This document shows positions 39,046-48,869 of a stretch of DNA of 64,000 bases, one piece after another. The notes under the pieces are model-generated. The model was not told where the DNA came from. It did not search any database and worked only from the letters and a program-made list of their open reading frames with translations. Source of the stretch: Bdellovibrionales bacterium (GTDB lineage: Bacteria > Bdellovibrionota > Bdellovibrionia > Bdellovibrionales > UBA1609); assembly GCA_027317865.1 (NCBI GenBank), contig DAHVQG010000011.1:43079-107078 (forward strand), in the 5' to 3' direction. Positions within the stretch are counted from its first letter, which is position 1. Each line of letters starts with the position of its first letter. A program made the translations under genes and the position numbers.

Positions 39046-40473
39046 ATGGCCGAACAATTTAAGCGCACAATATTTGACACTCTTCACGGCCACATCGTAC
39101 TGAACCGGGTCGAGTCGCGAATACTCGAATCAGCCTACTATCAGCGATTGCGGTGGATCCGCCAACTTGGGTTTAGTTTTTATGTCTTCCCGGGGGCGAC
39201 TCACACCCGCCATGCTCACGCCCTGGGAGTGCTCCACGTCATGCACCGAATATTGCAAGCGACCGGACTTGCCGTCCCGGACGAAAAATTTTTTTCCACT
39301 AAAGTAGCGGACGAGAAAACAAATTTTCACCGTATGATGCGGCTTGCGGCCATGCTCCACGATATTGGAACCCTGCCTTTTTCGCACACCATTGAAATTG
39401 CCTACATCCAACACCATCGCGAGCAACAACGGGTCAAAACGCCGAAGTACACGGCTAATCACGAAACTCTTGGCAGTCACCTTATTTTAAATACCGATTT
39501 CGAAGGCGGTCTTACGCGCATTTTGATCGAAGAGGGTATCGACCCGGAAATGCTTGCGACCATCATCGCCGGGAATTCAAAAAATCTAGTCGCCAATCAA
39601 CTCATGCATTCCGACGTCGACGCCGATCGAATGGATTATCTTTTACGAGACGCCTATTTCACCGGCGTTCGGCTTGGCGTCTACGACATTGATTTTCTTA
39701 TTCGCAGCATGACCGTTTATGAAGACGGTCAGGACCAAATTTTATGCATGCGCGAAGACGCGATGACCGTTGTCGATTCATTTCTTGTCAGCCGCTATTT
39801 TTGGTATTCGCAAATTATCAGCGACGGTACAAGCTACAAATTCGATCTCGTCGCCGCAAAAATCTATCAGTATTTTCTCGAAAACGGGCTCGCCTACTCG
39901 TTTGATCAGTTGGTCGATAAAGTGTCGCAAAACCCAAACGAATATTTTACGTTCAACGATTCTTATTTTCTTGCCAAACTCCACGAGTATTTAGCCGGTC
40001 GTATCACCCACCCCATGATTCGCGAATTGTCTGAAATGCTTGCCAATCGCATCGCTCCCGCACAGGTAAAATCGGGTCCGGTGCGGCCGACACTTGTACA
40101 AAGTGACGAACACAGAAAAGAATTGGTCGCAAGCGTCACCCGTGCCGCCGAATGGCTTCAAAACGAAATTCGATCGGTCGACCCAAACGCATGGATGATT
40201 TTTGACATTCCACAACGTGATGTGATTTTTACGAAAAATCTCGACCGTTGCCAGCGCGAAGCAAAAGGCGGCGACGTCCATCGGTTGCGTGATCCGGCAA
40301 AAATTCTCACGCGCGACAATCAGATTAAACTTATTGTCGAAGTTCCAAATTCGTTGATGTCGATCTTAAGCCAATACCGAAACTTCTTGCCGCGAATATA
40401 TATCAGCCCGCTTTTGTACGAGCGGCTTGAAAAGAAAAAGATTTTCGAAAAGATGGCTGCGACTAAATTCTAA
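39046..40473 (+). CDS. HD-superfamily phosphohydrolase (COG1078/SAMHD1-like)
   Basis: D.LHG.I, QRLR.IRQLG, PGATHTRHAHALG, LHDIG..PFSH, DADRMDYL.RD. Confidence 0.9.
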   Translation: MAEQFKRTIFDTLHGHIVLNRVESRILESAYYQRLRWIRQLGFSFYVFPGATHTRHAHALGVLHVMHRILQATGLAVPDEKFFSTKVADEKTNFHRMMRLAAMLHDIGTLPFSHTIEIAYIQHHREQQRVKTPKYTANHETLGSHLILNTDFEGGLTRILIEEGIDPEMLATIIAGNSKNLVANQLMHSDVDADRMDYLLRDAYFTGVRLGVYDIDFLIRSMTVYEDGQDQILCMREDAMTVVDSFLVSRYFWYSQIISDGTSYKFDLVAAKIYQYFLENGLAYSFDQLVDKVSQNPNEYFTFNDSYFLAKLHEYLAGRITHPMIRELSEMLANRIAPAQVKSGPVRPTLVQSDEHRKELVASVTRAAEWLQNEIRSVDPNAWMIFDIPQRDVIFTKNLDRCQREAKGGDVHRLRDPAKILTRDNQIKLIVEVPNSLMSILSQYRNFLPRIYISPLLYERLEKKKIFEKMAATKF

Positions 40474-40539
40474 GTGACGGTTTTTGCCGCCATCTTGCCC
40501 GAACAGTGAAAGATCTACCCGTTTCATAGGCCCAATTCC

Positions 40540-40564
40540 TATTTGAAACAGTTTGTTTCAAATA
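40540..40564. promoter_or_regulatory. Perfect 11-3-11 inverted repeat, candidate operator
   Basis: TATTTGAAACA-GTT-TGTTTCAAATA about 40 nt upstream of the second TIGR02147-like gene. Confidence 0.5.
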
Positions 40565-40605
40565 AATTTGCGCCCAACTTGCGCCCTGTACTACAGTCGC
40601 CGCCA

Positions 40606-41499
40606 ATGAAACAAACGGCACCGGCCAAATATAAATATTTACTCGAACGCGAACTCGTTCGACGTTGCGACGCGAACCCACGCTACTCACTACGGGCGAT
40701 GGCCCGGGCCTTGAGATTGGCACCCGGCGCGCTTTCGCAAATTTTGTCAGGCAAAAGAGTCCCCTCCTATAAAGTCGCGCAAAAGATTTTGACGTCCCTT
40801 GAACTCACCCCCGCCGAGCAACGCGAGTTCGTCGAGTCACTCGCAGCGGTACAACGGTCGCGCGGTCTTGAGCGCTTAAACCCGGAGTTTCGGGTCAAAA
40901 CTAAGGCCAACGATACAGGCAAGGGTGAAGACGTCGAACAACATAAGACCGCATTGAAAAAGGCGGCGAAATTGCGCGAGTTCGATAAAAACATGCGCTC
41001 ACCAAAAGATTTGAGTCTCGAGCTGTTTCGCGTGATAGGCGATTGGTACCATTACGCCATCTTGTCGCTGACATACGTAAAAGGTTTTGATCCGAATCCG
41101 AACTGGATCGCCGCTCGGCTCGCCATTACTCCCCTTGAGGCCAAACTTGCGGTTGATCGCTTAATTGAGCTGGGCTTACTGAAATATAAAAACGGCAAAC
41201 TCATTTGCTGGGAGGACTATTTTACGACGGCCGACAAACACATTACGAACTCGGCGCTTAAGCGCCATCACAAACAAATATTAAATAAATCACTTTATTC
41301 AATGGAAAACGACCCCATCGAAATACGCAACCACTCCTCGATGACCATGGCGATCGACCCGGCCAAAATCGACGAAGCTAAGAAAATGATCGAAGAATTC
41401 ACGCACCGTCTTACTGAGTTTTTAGAATCAGGCAAGCGCCTGCAAGTTTACGAATTAAATATAGGTTTATTCCCCTTACAAATAAGGAGCAACACATGA
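40606..41499 (+). CDS. TIGR02147-family HTH protein (putative regulator)
   Basis: NPRYSLRAMAR.L, LSQILSGKR, F.VI.DWYHYAIL, WIA.RL.I, VYELNIGLFPL. Confidence 0.88.
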   Translation: MKQTAPAKYKYLLERELVRRCDANPRYSLRAMARALRLAPGALSQILSGKRVPSYKVAQKILTSLELTPAEQREFVESLAAVQRSRGLERLNPEFRVKTKANDTGKGEDVEQHKTALKKAAKLREFDKNMRSPKDLSLELFRVIGDWYHYAILSLTYVKGFDPNPNWIAARLAITPLEAKLAVDRLIELGLLKYKNGKLICWEDYFTTADKHITNSALKRHHKQILNKSLYSMENDPIEIRNHSSMTMAIDPAKIDEAKKMIEEFTHRLTEFLESGKRLQVYELNIGLFPLQIRSNT

Positions 41500-42836
41500 A
41501 GCCACTTAATAAAATCGCGACAGCATTTGCCGCAAAAGCCTTTTGCGCGGCTGCCGTCTCGAGCGCAATTTTTGCTTGCGCAACACTCGTTAGCATCCCC
41601 GCCTTCGCCGGAGGCGCCCATGCCGGCGACGGCGTTTACGTCAACGGCCAGCTTAAGATGCGCGACTTTATTGAAACCAATAAAGCGAACGGTCTCGCCA
41701 CAGGCGTTCAAAACAACAAAAAATTTTTAGAAGACATGCCCGGCTTCATGCCGCTATTTAAAGAAATTGCGGCAGCCGATCCGGTTTTTGCCTTTGAGAT
41801 CTGGAAGCAACTCAACGACGTGCGAATTTGGCTGATCCCGTCGAAATTACCGCTTTTGCCACTCGCCGACACGACCGTTGTGGGACCCAATCCCCAAGTA
41901 CAAATCGCCATCCACTACAGCCATGATATTATGATTTCAACGACGGCGTTGGCGCAATTGCCGCCAACGGAACGTCCGTACGAAATGATACACGAAGCTC
42001 TCCACGGGCTCATCCGCGGTAATGGCCCGATACATGAGATGCGAGTCATGTTTATGACAAAATGGCTGCACGATCACCGCGGCCACTACACGACGGCGAC
42101 TCTTGACGACGAACTCGCTCGAGTTGGAGTTAAAGATTCTAATTTCGCCATTGACAGCGCGGATATTTGGCATCTCAACGACTTCAACCGAGTGTTGTCT
42201 ATCTATCTGCAACAGCTCGGTACAACACAATCGTTGTGTCTATTGCGACAAACTCTCACCAAAGTAATGGATTATAATGTGAGTTTTATTGCATCTCTTT
42301 ACGGTCCCGATAACTGCCCGGCTCAAGATCAAATCTCCGCGATCAAATCCTTTTCTCCGACCCTTGCTCATTTGTTAAACCAATTCGCTCCTTTTGATAT
42401 TTCGAGCGACGTTTCAGGCGGAAATGTTCAGACGAGCAATATCGACATTGACGATCTCAGTCAATGGACGCCATCAAAGGCTGCTTGTCGTAGCAACGCG
42501 AACCCTGCGTTGAGTGGGACGATCGAATCCGCCATATTAAAATATCAATCGTTAATTGCTCTGGCAAAGCAAGGCAAAAGAGTCCTGAATCGCATTCACA
42601 AGATGTTATATAGCAATTATACACAAGACCCAGCGCAAGTTGCAGCGGTCTATCTTTACATTACCGTGCCGCCTTTGCAGGGACTATTCGGTCAGTACTA
42701 TACCCCCATAACTGTTAACCACTTAAACAATCTCATTACAAAGTCACAAGAAATGATCAGCGGCCCCCTTGCGACCGCACAAGAATATCTAAAGAACAAC
42801 ATCACAATTTGTTTAAATAAATACGATCAGTACTAA
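41496..42836 (+). CDS. Secreted protein (AFA-GGAHAGDG N-terminus) with HEXXH motif
   Basis: AAGGAG SD, ATGA overlap with the TIGR02147 gene, QIAI...HEALH...HE. Confidence 0.75.
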   Translation: MKPLNKIATAFAAKAFCAAAVSSAIFACATLVSIPAFAGGAHAGDGVYVNGQLKMRDFIETNKANGLATGVQNNKKFLEDMPGFMPLFKEIAAADPVFAFEIWKQLNDVRIWLIPSKLPLLPLADTTVVGPNPQVQIAIHYSHDIMISTTALAQLPPTERPYEMIHEALHGLIRGNGPIHEMRVMFMTKWLHDHRGHYTTATLDDELARVGVKDSNFAIDSADIWHLNDFNRVLSIYLQQLGTTQSLCLLRQTLTKVMDYNVSFIASLYGPDNCPAQDQISAIKSFSPTLAHLLNQFAPFDISSDVSGGNVQTSNIDIDDLSQWTPSKAACRSNANPALSGTIESAILKYQSLIALAKQGKRVLNRIHKMLYSNYTQDPAQVAAVYLYITVPPLQGLFGQYYTPITVNHLNNLITKSQEMISGPLATAQEYLKNNITICLNKYDQY

Positions 42837-42857
42837 GTATTGTGAACCCATTTTAGC

Positions 42858-42887
42858 CGCGCTCCTAAATTTTTATTTAGGAGCGCG
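42858..42887 (+). terminator. Strong hairpin, probable terminator
   Basis: CGCGCTCCTAAAT-TTTT-ATTTAGGAGCGCG followed by CATTTT. Confidence 0.7.
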
Positions 42888-42892
42888 CATTT

Positions 42893-42908
42893 TGGCACGG
42901 TAACTGCA
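42893..42908 (+). promoter_or_regulatory. Putative sigma54 -24/-12 promoter
   Basis: TGGCAC-GGTAA-CTGCA upstream of ATG 42956. Confidence 0.6.
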
Positions 42909-42955
42909 ATCTCCTCGCTTATGCAAAACAATAAGACAGCAAGGAGCCAAATAAA

Positions 42956-43294
42956 ATGCAGCCGCAAGAATTCGATTTACCACCGCAACAAATTTCGTCC
43001 GGCTTTTCGGATTTATTGTACGAATTTAGGGACAGAACGCGGACGTCAACGAAGGTTGACGAAATTGATTTAAAATTCCGAACTTCGGACATTTACTTTT
43101 ACACTTGCGAAGTGGGCAACAAATATTTGATGATGCTGGCGGTGTACAATCGTCTGCACGGATCATGGCGATATTTTCTAAAATCCGGACTACCGGCGCG
43201 AAATTTGGTCAAACATTTTTGCGAAAAATATGGGTTTGAGGATGCCGCAAAACCGTTCCACGAACGGCGGCTAAACGAGGCCCATGCAACCTAA
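42956..43294 (+). CDS. Hypothetical protein
   Basis: ORF with GGGAG SD and own candidate promoter; no recognised motif. Confidence 0.6.
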   Translation: MQPQEFDLPPQQISSGFSDLLYEFRDRTRTSTKVDEIDLKFRTSDIYFYTCEVGNKYLMMLAVYNRLHGSWRYFLKSGLPARNLVKHFCEKYGFEDAAKPFHERRLNEAHAT

Positions 43295-43312
43295 CGACAA
43301 ATAGTCACGGCA

Positions 43313-43708
43313 TCATGACTGAGCCACGATTTCATTTACACGGGACACAATGTCTTTGATGGGCGTGCCGGGGCCGAAAACTGCGGCCACTCCCAAAGTC
43401 AGAAGTTCACTCGAATCGTCCGACGGGATAATTCCACCAACAAAAATCGGCTTTGTTACTTTATGCTTTTTAAACAAGCGTTGAATTTCTGTCACAAGCG
43501 GCAAATGCGCGCCCGACAAGATCGATAACCCAACAATGTCGACATCTTCTTGAATCGCCGCAGTCACGATCATTTCGGGAGTTTGATGAAGGCCGGTGTA
43601 GATAACTTCGAATCCCGCGTCACGAAGACCTCGCGCGACAACTTTGGCGCCGCGGTCATGGCCATCGAGTCCGGGTTTTGCTATAAGCACTCTTTTAGGA
43701 ATGAACAT
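43313..43708 (-). CDS. Cobalamin-binding subunit of methylmalonyl-CoA mutase-type enzyme
   Basis: AKPGLDGHDRGAK (DxHxxG), GLSILSGAH, VGGIIP. Confidence 0.93.
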   Translation of the reverse strand: MFIPKRVLIAKPGLDGHDRGAKVVARGLRDAGFEVIYTGLHQTPEMIVTAAIQEDVDIVGLSILSGAHLPLVTEIQRLFKKHKVTKPIFVGGIIPSDDSSELLTLGVAAVFGPGTPIKDIVSRVNEIVAQS

Positions 43709-43809
43709 AGTTGCAGTTTAAGATATAAAAAGGTGTCTGGCATCCTTTTGTAACGCAGATGCGAAACGGGCACACGGCAAGTCAACTGACATCGCCAAGG
43801 AGCACAACA

Positions 43810-44967
43810 ATGAGCGAAATCAGCGTAAATCCCCTAACAGTTCTAACTGAAGACGAAGTCGCGTTCAAAGAAGCTGTGCGCGAATTTGCCGAAAATGAAA
43901 TTCGCCCCCTTGTCGCAAAAATGGATCACGAAGCAAAGATGGACCCAAACCTTGTCAAAAAACTTTTTGAAATGGGAGTTATGGGCATTGAAACTCCCGA
44001 AAGATGGGGCGGCGCCGGTTCGACTTTCACTATGGCGTGCCTTGCCGTTGAAGAATTAGCTCGCGTCGATGGCTCCGTGAGCGTCATGGTCGACGTGCAA
44101 AATACGTTGGTCACGAATGCTCTACTCAAATGGACCAATGATCAACAAAAAGATAAATATTTGCCGCTTCTCGCACAAAAATGGGTGGGAGCATATTGTT
44201 TAAGTGAAAGCTCGTCGGGTTCGGATGCCTTTGCGCTCAAACTGCGCGCCGAAGATAAAGGTGATCACTATTTACTCAACGGCCACAAACTTTGGATCAC
44301 GAATGCTAATGAAGCCTCGCTCTATCTTGTATTTGCCAATATTGACCCGAGCAAAGGCTACAAAGGCATAACCGCTTTTATAGTGGAGCGTGAATTCTCT
44401 GGTTTCAAAGTAGGCAAGAAAGAAGACAAACTCGGCATCCGCGCGAGTTCGACTTGCGAGTTGATTTTTGAAAACTGCCGCGTCCCTAAAGAAAATGTAG
44501 TTGGTGAAATCGGCAAAGGTTATAAAATTGCCATCGAAACGTTGAATGAGGGCCGCATCGGTATCGGCGCGCAAATGCTCGGAATTGCCGAAGGTGCGTT
44601 TGAAGCAACCGTCAAATACATTAAATCGCGCGAACAGTTTGGCAAGTCCCTTGCACAATTTCAAGGAGTGCAATTTCAAATCGCCGAAATGCGCACCCAA
44701 CTCGAAGCGATTCGACTAATGGTTAACAATGCCGCTCGTCTCAAAGACGCACATAAAGACTTTTTACGCGAAGCTGCGATGGCAAAGTTATTCGCGTCAC
44801 GCGCTGCCGAAAAAATATGTTCCATCGGGGTCGACCTTTTTGGCGGCAACGGTTTTACAAAAGAATACCCCATCGAAAAGTATTACCGCGATGCCAAAAT
44901 CGGACAAATTTACGAAGGCACTTCGAATATGCAGCTCCAGACCATCGCTAAGATGGAATTGGGGTAA
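43810..44967 (+). CDS. Short/branched-chain acyl-CoA dehydrogenase
   Basis: YCLSE.SSGSDA, KLWITN, KLGIRASST, RDAKIGQIYEGTSN; AAGGAG SD before ATG 43810. Confidence 0.92.
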   Translation: MSEISVNPLTVLTEDEVAFKEAVREFAENEIRPLVAKMDHEAKMDPNLVKKLFEMGVMGIETPERWGGAGSTFTMACLAVEELARVDGSVSVMVDVQNTLVTNALLKWTNDQQKDKYLPLLAQKWVGAYCLSESSSGSDAFALKLRAEDKGDHYLLNGHKLWITNANEASLYLVFANIDPSKGYKGITAFIVEREFSGFKVGKKEDKLGIRASSTCELIFENCRVPKENVVGEIGKGYKIAIETLNEGRIGIGAQMLGIAEGAFEATVKYIKSREQFGKSLAQFQGVQFQIAEMRTQLEAIRLMVNNAARLKDAHKDFLREAAMAKLFASRAAEKICSIGVDLFGGNGFTKEYPIEKYYRDAKIGQIYEGTSNMQLQTIAKMELG

Positions 44968-45122
44968 GCAGCCGCTACTTGTTTACTGCAATGCATTCCG
45001 CATTCATAGCGGCAATTTTCTTCATGGAGCCTTCGCTCACGAATTTGACACTCGCTTATTACTTCGACGCTTCAAAATGAGACTGTAAAACCCAACCTAC
45101 GAAAATCACTGAAAAGTGCCGA

Positions 45123-45138
45123 TGGTGTAGGTGTTGCA
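45123..45138 (+). promoter_or_regulatory. Putative sigma54 -24/-12 promoter
   Basis: TGGTGT-AGGTG-TTGCA upstream of the PA14-like gene. Confidence 0.45.
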
Positions 45139-45222
45139 TACTATTATAGTTGGGGATGTGCGGCAGCCAGATTCGTGCGGTTTAACACTCTATTAGGCTG
45201 CCTGCGCACAAGGGGAATACAA

Positions 45223-46287
45223 ATGCAAGTCTCATCTCGATACACATTAACTATCGCCTCAGTTGTCGCAGTGACGACGCTTGCCCTGTTTAACAATTGC
45301 GGGCAGGTGAAATTCAGTTCGACTCCGAACGCAAATCAACAATCTCCTAGCGCACAAGGTACGACAACCCCGACGACCAGCAATAACGGCGGCGGCACAA
45401 CCTCAACTCCGCCACCACCAGTAGTTTGCAACCCGTTCGGTGGGGGCGGCTCTGCAACTTCAACTGAAGGGCTTGAAGCAAATGACGTATATTACGTGGA
45501 TCAATCACAAATCCCGCCCGTTCCGGCGAATGACTCGTCATGGTCGTGGAATTCAACATACATTTCAAATGCCATCCAAAACTCGGTCGAAAATTTGCTC
45601 AATCCGGTAAATATTGTGACGGCCTCAGGCGCGCCACTCATACTTTCTTCGGCAGTAAATCTATTTTTACCCGACATCAATTACCCCGACATGTACTTCA
45701 CACAAGGTTTCGTCAACGCGGCAAATGGTCAGGCTTTGCAAGATGCCAGCGGCAATACTTTAACAAGTTACTTTGGTTTTCGCCTTAAAAGTAATTTTGT
45801 CGCGGGCAATTGGGCTCCTGGCGATTATCAAATCGCGATACTTTCGGATGACGGGTCGATTCTGACTATGACCGGCGCCGCGAGCGACGGTTCAAATTTT
45901 GTCATTAACGACGACGGTTTTCACTCAATGCAAATGGCCTGTTCGACACAGACGATTCACGTTACGGCGAACTCCGAGTTCCCGCTTACGTTTGATTACA
46001 TGCAGGGACCGCCTATCACTATTGGCATGATCATGCTCTATCGCCCGGTTTCAGTTGCCGGCACTGCGCAGGATCCTCTTTGTGGTCAGGGTGGCGGCAG
46101 CGATTCGTATTTTTTCTTAGATCACAACGGTTCAACGCCGATTAATCCATCCGAACCGCAAGCGCCGTACTTACAATTAACTGGCCCGTTTAACCCATCC
46201 ACCGGTTCCGGCGGCTGGGCGCCAGTCGAAGCGAATCACTTTGTGCTACCGTCAAACAATACCAATCCGTGCGCCGGTACCGATTAA
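45223..46287 (+). CDS. Exported PA14-like domain protein (LFNNCG motif)
   Basis: Hydrophobic N-terminus ending FNNC, S/T/P linker, F..GF, YFG, G.YQ.AILSDDGS, DG.H, YMQGP. Confidence 0.75.
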   Translation: MQVSSRYTLTIASVVAVTTLALFNNCGQVKFSSTPNANQQSPSAQGTTTPTTSNNGGGTTSTPPPPVVCNPFGGGGSATSTEGLEANDVYYVDQSQIPPVPANDSSWSWNSTYISNAIQNSVENLLNPVNIVTASGAPLILSSAVNLFLPDINYPDMYFTQGFVNAANGQALQDASGNTLTSYFGFRLKSNFVAGNWAPGDYQIAILSDDGSILTMTGAASDGSNFVINDDGFHSMQMACSTQTIHVTANSEFPLTFDYMQGPPITIGMIMLYRPVSVAGTAQDPLCGQGGGSDSYFFLDHNGSTPINPSEPQAPYLQLTGPFNPSTGSGGWAPVEANHFVLPSNNTNPCAGTD

Positions 46288-46313
46288 TTTTTGATACAGG
46301 GGGAGAAGATTTT

Positions 46314-47117
46314 ATGATTAACAAACTTATTATCATAGGGGCCTGCGTGACCATCATCTTGCTCTTTCAGAACTGCGCGAAAAACCCAAATCTAAATCTG
46401 AATTCCCAAACTAGCGCGAGCATGAGTCCAACCCCGAATTTGTCGGCTTGCTCACAAACAGCGGCACCGCAATTTCAAGCAACACCGCAAAACGTCAGTG
46501 TAACTGCCGGTCAACCCGTGAATGTAACAGTCGCAGTTTCACCCACTAATAATTTAACGTTTGCTTGGCAGCTCAACGGAGTCGGCATTAACGACACGAC
46601 CAATACACTGTCGATAGCATCGGCGACCTCCGCTGACTCCGGGCAATACACCCTTACCGTATCAAGCCCCTGCTACCCTTCTATCAACACAAGCTTTACT
46701 GTGACCGTTTCAGCACCTGCGGCTGCGGTCGCGGCACCGGTCATCACTTCCGCACCGGCAAACGTCGCGGGAGTCTACAATGTCAATTTGAATCAATTTT
46801 TAGTTCCAGCAGACACAACATCGCCGTTTAATACCGTCACGTTTAGCGTTGCGGCAACCGGCGCAAACCTGGCTTATCAATGGTACCATATCGATTCGTC
46901 AGGTACTGTTTCAGCAATCACCGGTGCCACCCAACCCACCTACACTTTTAACTTAAATTCGTTTGGTGAAGGTGGAACATATAAAGTCGTCGTTTCAAAT
47001 TCGGGAGGCTCAACTTCCGCACAAGCTCAACTCACGGTGACTCTCCGAAATATAACGACCACCCGATGTAATTTGCAGCAACGCGGAATGCGAATTGCCG
47101 ATTGCTATCTACCATGA
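46314..47117 (+). CDS. Exported protein with two Ig-like (I-set type) domains (LFQNCA motif)
   Basis: FAWQLNG...DSGQYTLTVS and YQWY...GTYKVVVSN..G. Confidence 0.8.
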   Translation: MINKLIIIGACVTIILLFQNCAKNPNLNLNSQTSASMSPTPNLSACSQTAAPQFQATPQNVSVTAGQPVNVTVAVSPTNNLTFAWQLNGVGINDTTNTLSIASATSADSGQYTLTVSSPCYPSINTSFTVTVSAPAAAVAAPVITSAPANVAGVYNVNLNQFLVPADTTSPFNTVTFSVAATGANLAYQWYHIDSSGTVSAITGATQPTYTFNLNSFGEGGTYKVVVSNSGGSTSAQAQLTVTLRNITTTRCNLQQRGMRIADCYLP

Positions 47118-47168
47118 CGCGCGCCTAACGTGCTTGCGCGTTAGGCCGACCAGCGGCAACATCACGTC

Positions 47169-48830
47169 ATGTTGCCAAAAAAATACCAACCCGAAATAGA
47201 TCTGAAAAAATTAATTGTTCAAGCCGGCGCAACCGCAAACGACGAAACCGTTCCACTTGATGTCTTGTTCGTCGGTGGCGGCCCGTGCGGATTAGCCGGC
47301 GCCATACGTCTTGCACAACTCGCACAACAAAACGGCATGGCTGAGCTACAAATCGGCGTACTTGAAAAAGCGGCGAATCTCGGTGCTCAAACGCTTTCTG
47401 GAGCGGTGATTAACCCGCGGGCATGGCGCGAACTCTTCCCCTATATGCCTGAAACCGAATATCCATTCCGGCGAAAAGTCGAAGGCGAAGCCGTGTATTT
47501 TCTCAACGAAACCGGCCAAATGCGTATTCCCACGCCGCCCACGATGCGCAACCACGGTAACTATTCGGCCTCGCTTTGCGAGGTTGTTCGCTTCATGGGC
47601 AAAAAAGCCGAAGAACTTGGTGTGAACATTCTGACGAGCTTCCCGGCAGACGCTTTGCTTATGAACGGTACATCTGTGCTCGGCGTGCGAACGACGCCCG
47701 CCGGCCTTACGCGCGATGGTCAACCTGGCTCGCAATATATGCCGCCGACCGATATCACGGCCAAAGTCACCGTGATTTGTGACGGAACCCGAAGCGCCCT
47801 GTCTCAGGCCTATCAAAAATGGCAACAAATCGAATCGGAGCATCCACAAATTTACGCGCTCGGGGTCAAAGAAGTTTGGCATGTGAAAAAAGCGCCGAAA
47901 GAAATTATTCACACGATGGGTTTTCCGTTGCCGCTTGATTGTTTTGGCGGCAGTTTTCTTTACCCGATGGCCGATGACCAAATCGCCTTCGGATTAGTCG
48001 TAGGACTTGATTACAAACCCGCGCAACTCGACACCCACAAACTATTGCAACGGTTGAAGCGCCATCCGCTTTTTGCGCAATTTCTCGAAGGTGGAGAAGT
48101 GCAAGAATGGGGAGCCAAAACCATCCCCGAAGGTGGCTACAATTCACTGCCCAAACGTCTTCACGGTGACGGCGTAATTCTCGCCGGTGACGCCGCCGGA
48201 TTCGTGAATGTCCCCGCCTTGAAGGGCATTCATTACGCCATGAAGTCAGGAATGCTTGCCGCCGAAACTATTTTTGCAGCCTTGAAAAATTCACCGGCCG
48301 AATCCACTGACACCCTGCCATCGTCAGCACTGAAATCGTACGACGAGGCAATTTTCTCTTCATATATAGCGCAAGACCTCAAAAAAGTTCGCGGAATGCG
48401 CCAAGCTTTTAAATCCGGTTTTTATCTGGGTGGCGTAAAAGCGGGCCTCATGACGTTAACTGGTGGTGCCTTCCCTGCGGCAACTCATGCCCACGAAGAC
48501 GCCGATGAGCCGAAAACCGCCGGAGAATTTACTGTGAACGAGGCTCACGCTGTTTCGGGAATTAAAACATTGAGCAAAGTCGATGCGGTTTATTTGTCTG
48601 GCAACAAAACACGCGACGATATTCCGCAACACTTAACAGTAGGCAAAGACATACCCGCCGAAGTAGCGGATATGTACGTCGCTCTTTGCCCGGCGGGAGT
48701 TTATGAACGGCGTGGGGATCAGCTTGTTGTAAATGCGCCGAATTGTGTCGATTGCAAAGCAACCGATGTTTTAGGGCCGAGATGGCAACCGCGCGAAGGC
48801 GGCTCGGGTCCAAATTATTCGCAGATGTAA
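47169..48830 (+). CDS. Electron transfer flavoprotein-ubiquinone oxidoreductase
   Basis: VGGGPCGL FAD motif, LSGA, IPEGG, KGIHYAMKSG, CPAGVYE, NCVDCK. Confidence 0.92.
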   Translation: MLPKKYQPEIDLKKLIVQAGATANDETVPLDVLFVGGGPCGLAGAIRLAQLAQQNGMAELQIGVLEKAANLGAQTLSGAVINPRAWRELFPYMPETEYPFRRKVEGEAVYFLNETGQMRIPTPPTMRNHGNYSASLCEVVRFMGKKAEELGVNILTSFPADALLMNGTSVLGVRTTPAGLTRDGQPGSQYMPPTDITAKVTVICDGTRSALSQAYQKWQQIESEHPQIYALGVKEVWHVKKAPKEIIHTMGFPLPLDCFGGSFLYPMADDQIAFGLVVGLDYKPAQLDTHKLLQRLKRHPLFAQFLEGGEVQEWGAKTIPEGGYNSLPKRLHGDGVILAGDAAGFVNVPALKGIHYAMKSGMLAAETIFAALKNSPAESTDTLPSSALKSYDEAIFSSYIAQDLKKVRGMRQAFKSGFYLGGVKAGLMTLTGGAFPAATHAHEDADEPKTAGEFTVNEAHAVSGIKTLSKVDAVYLSGNKTRDDIPQHLTVGKDIPAEVADMYVALCPAGVYERRGDQLVVNAPNCVDCKATDVLGPRWQPREGGSGPNYSQM

Positions 48831-48869
48831 AAACGAATTGCGGTCGATTGCAAATTTTCAGACACCAAA

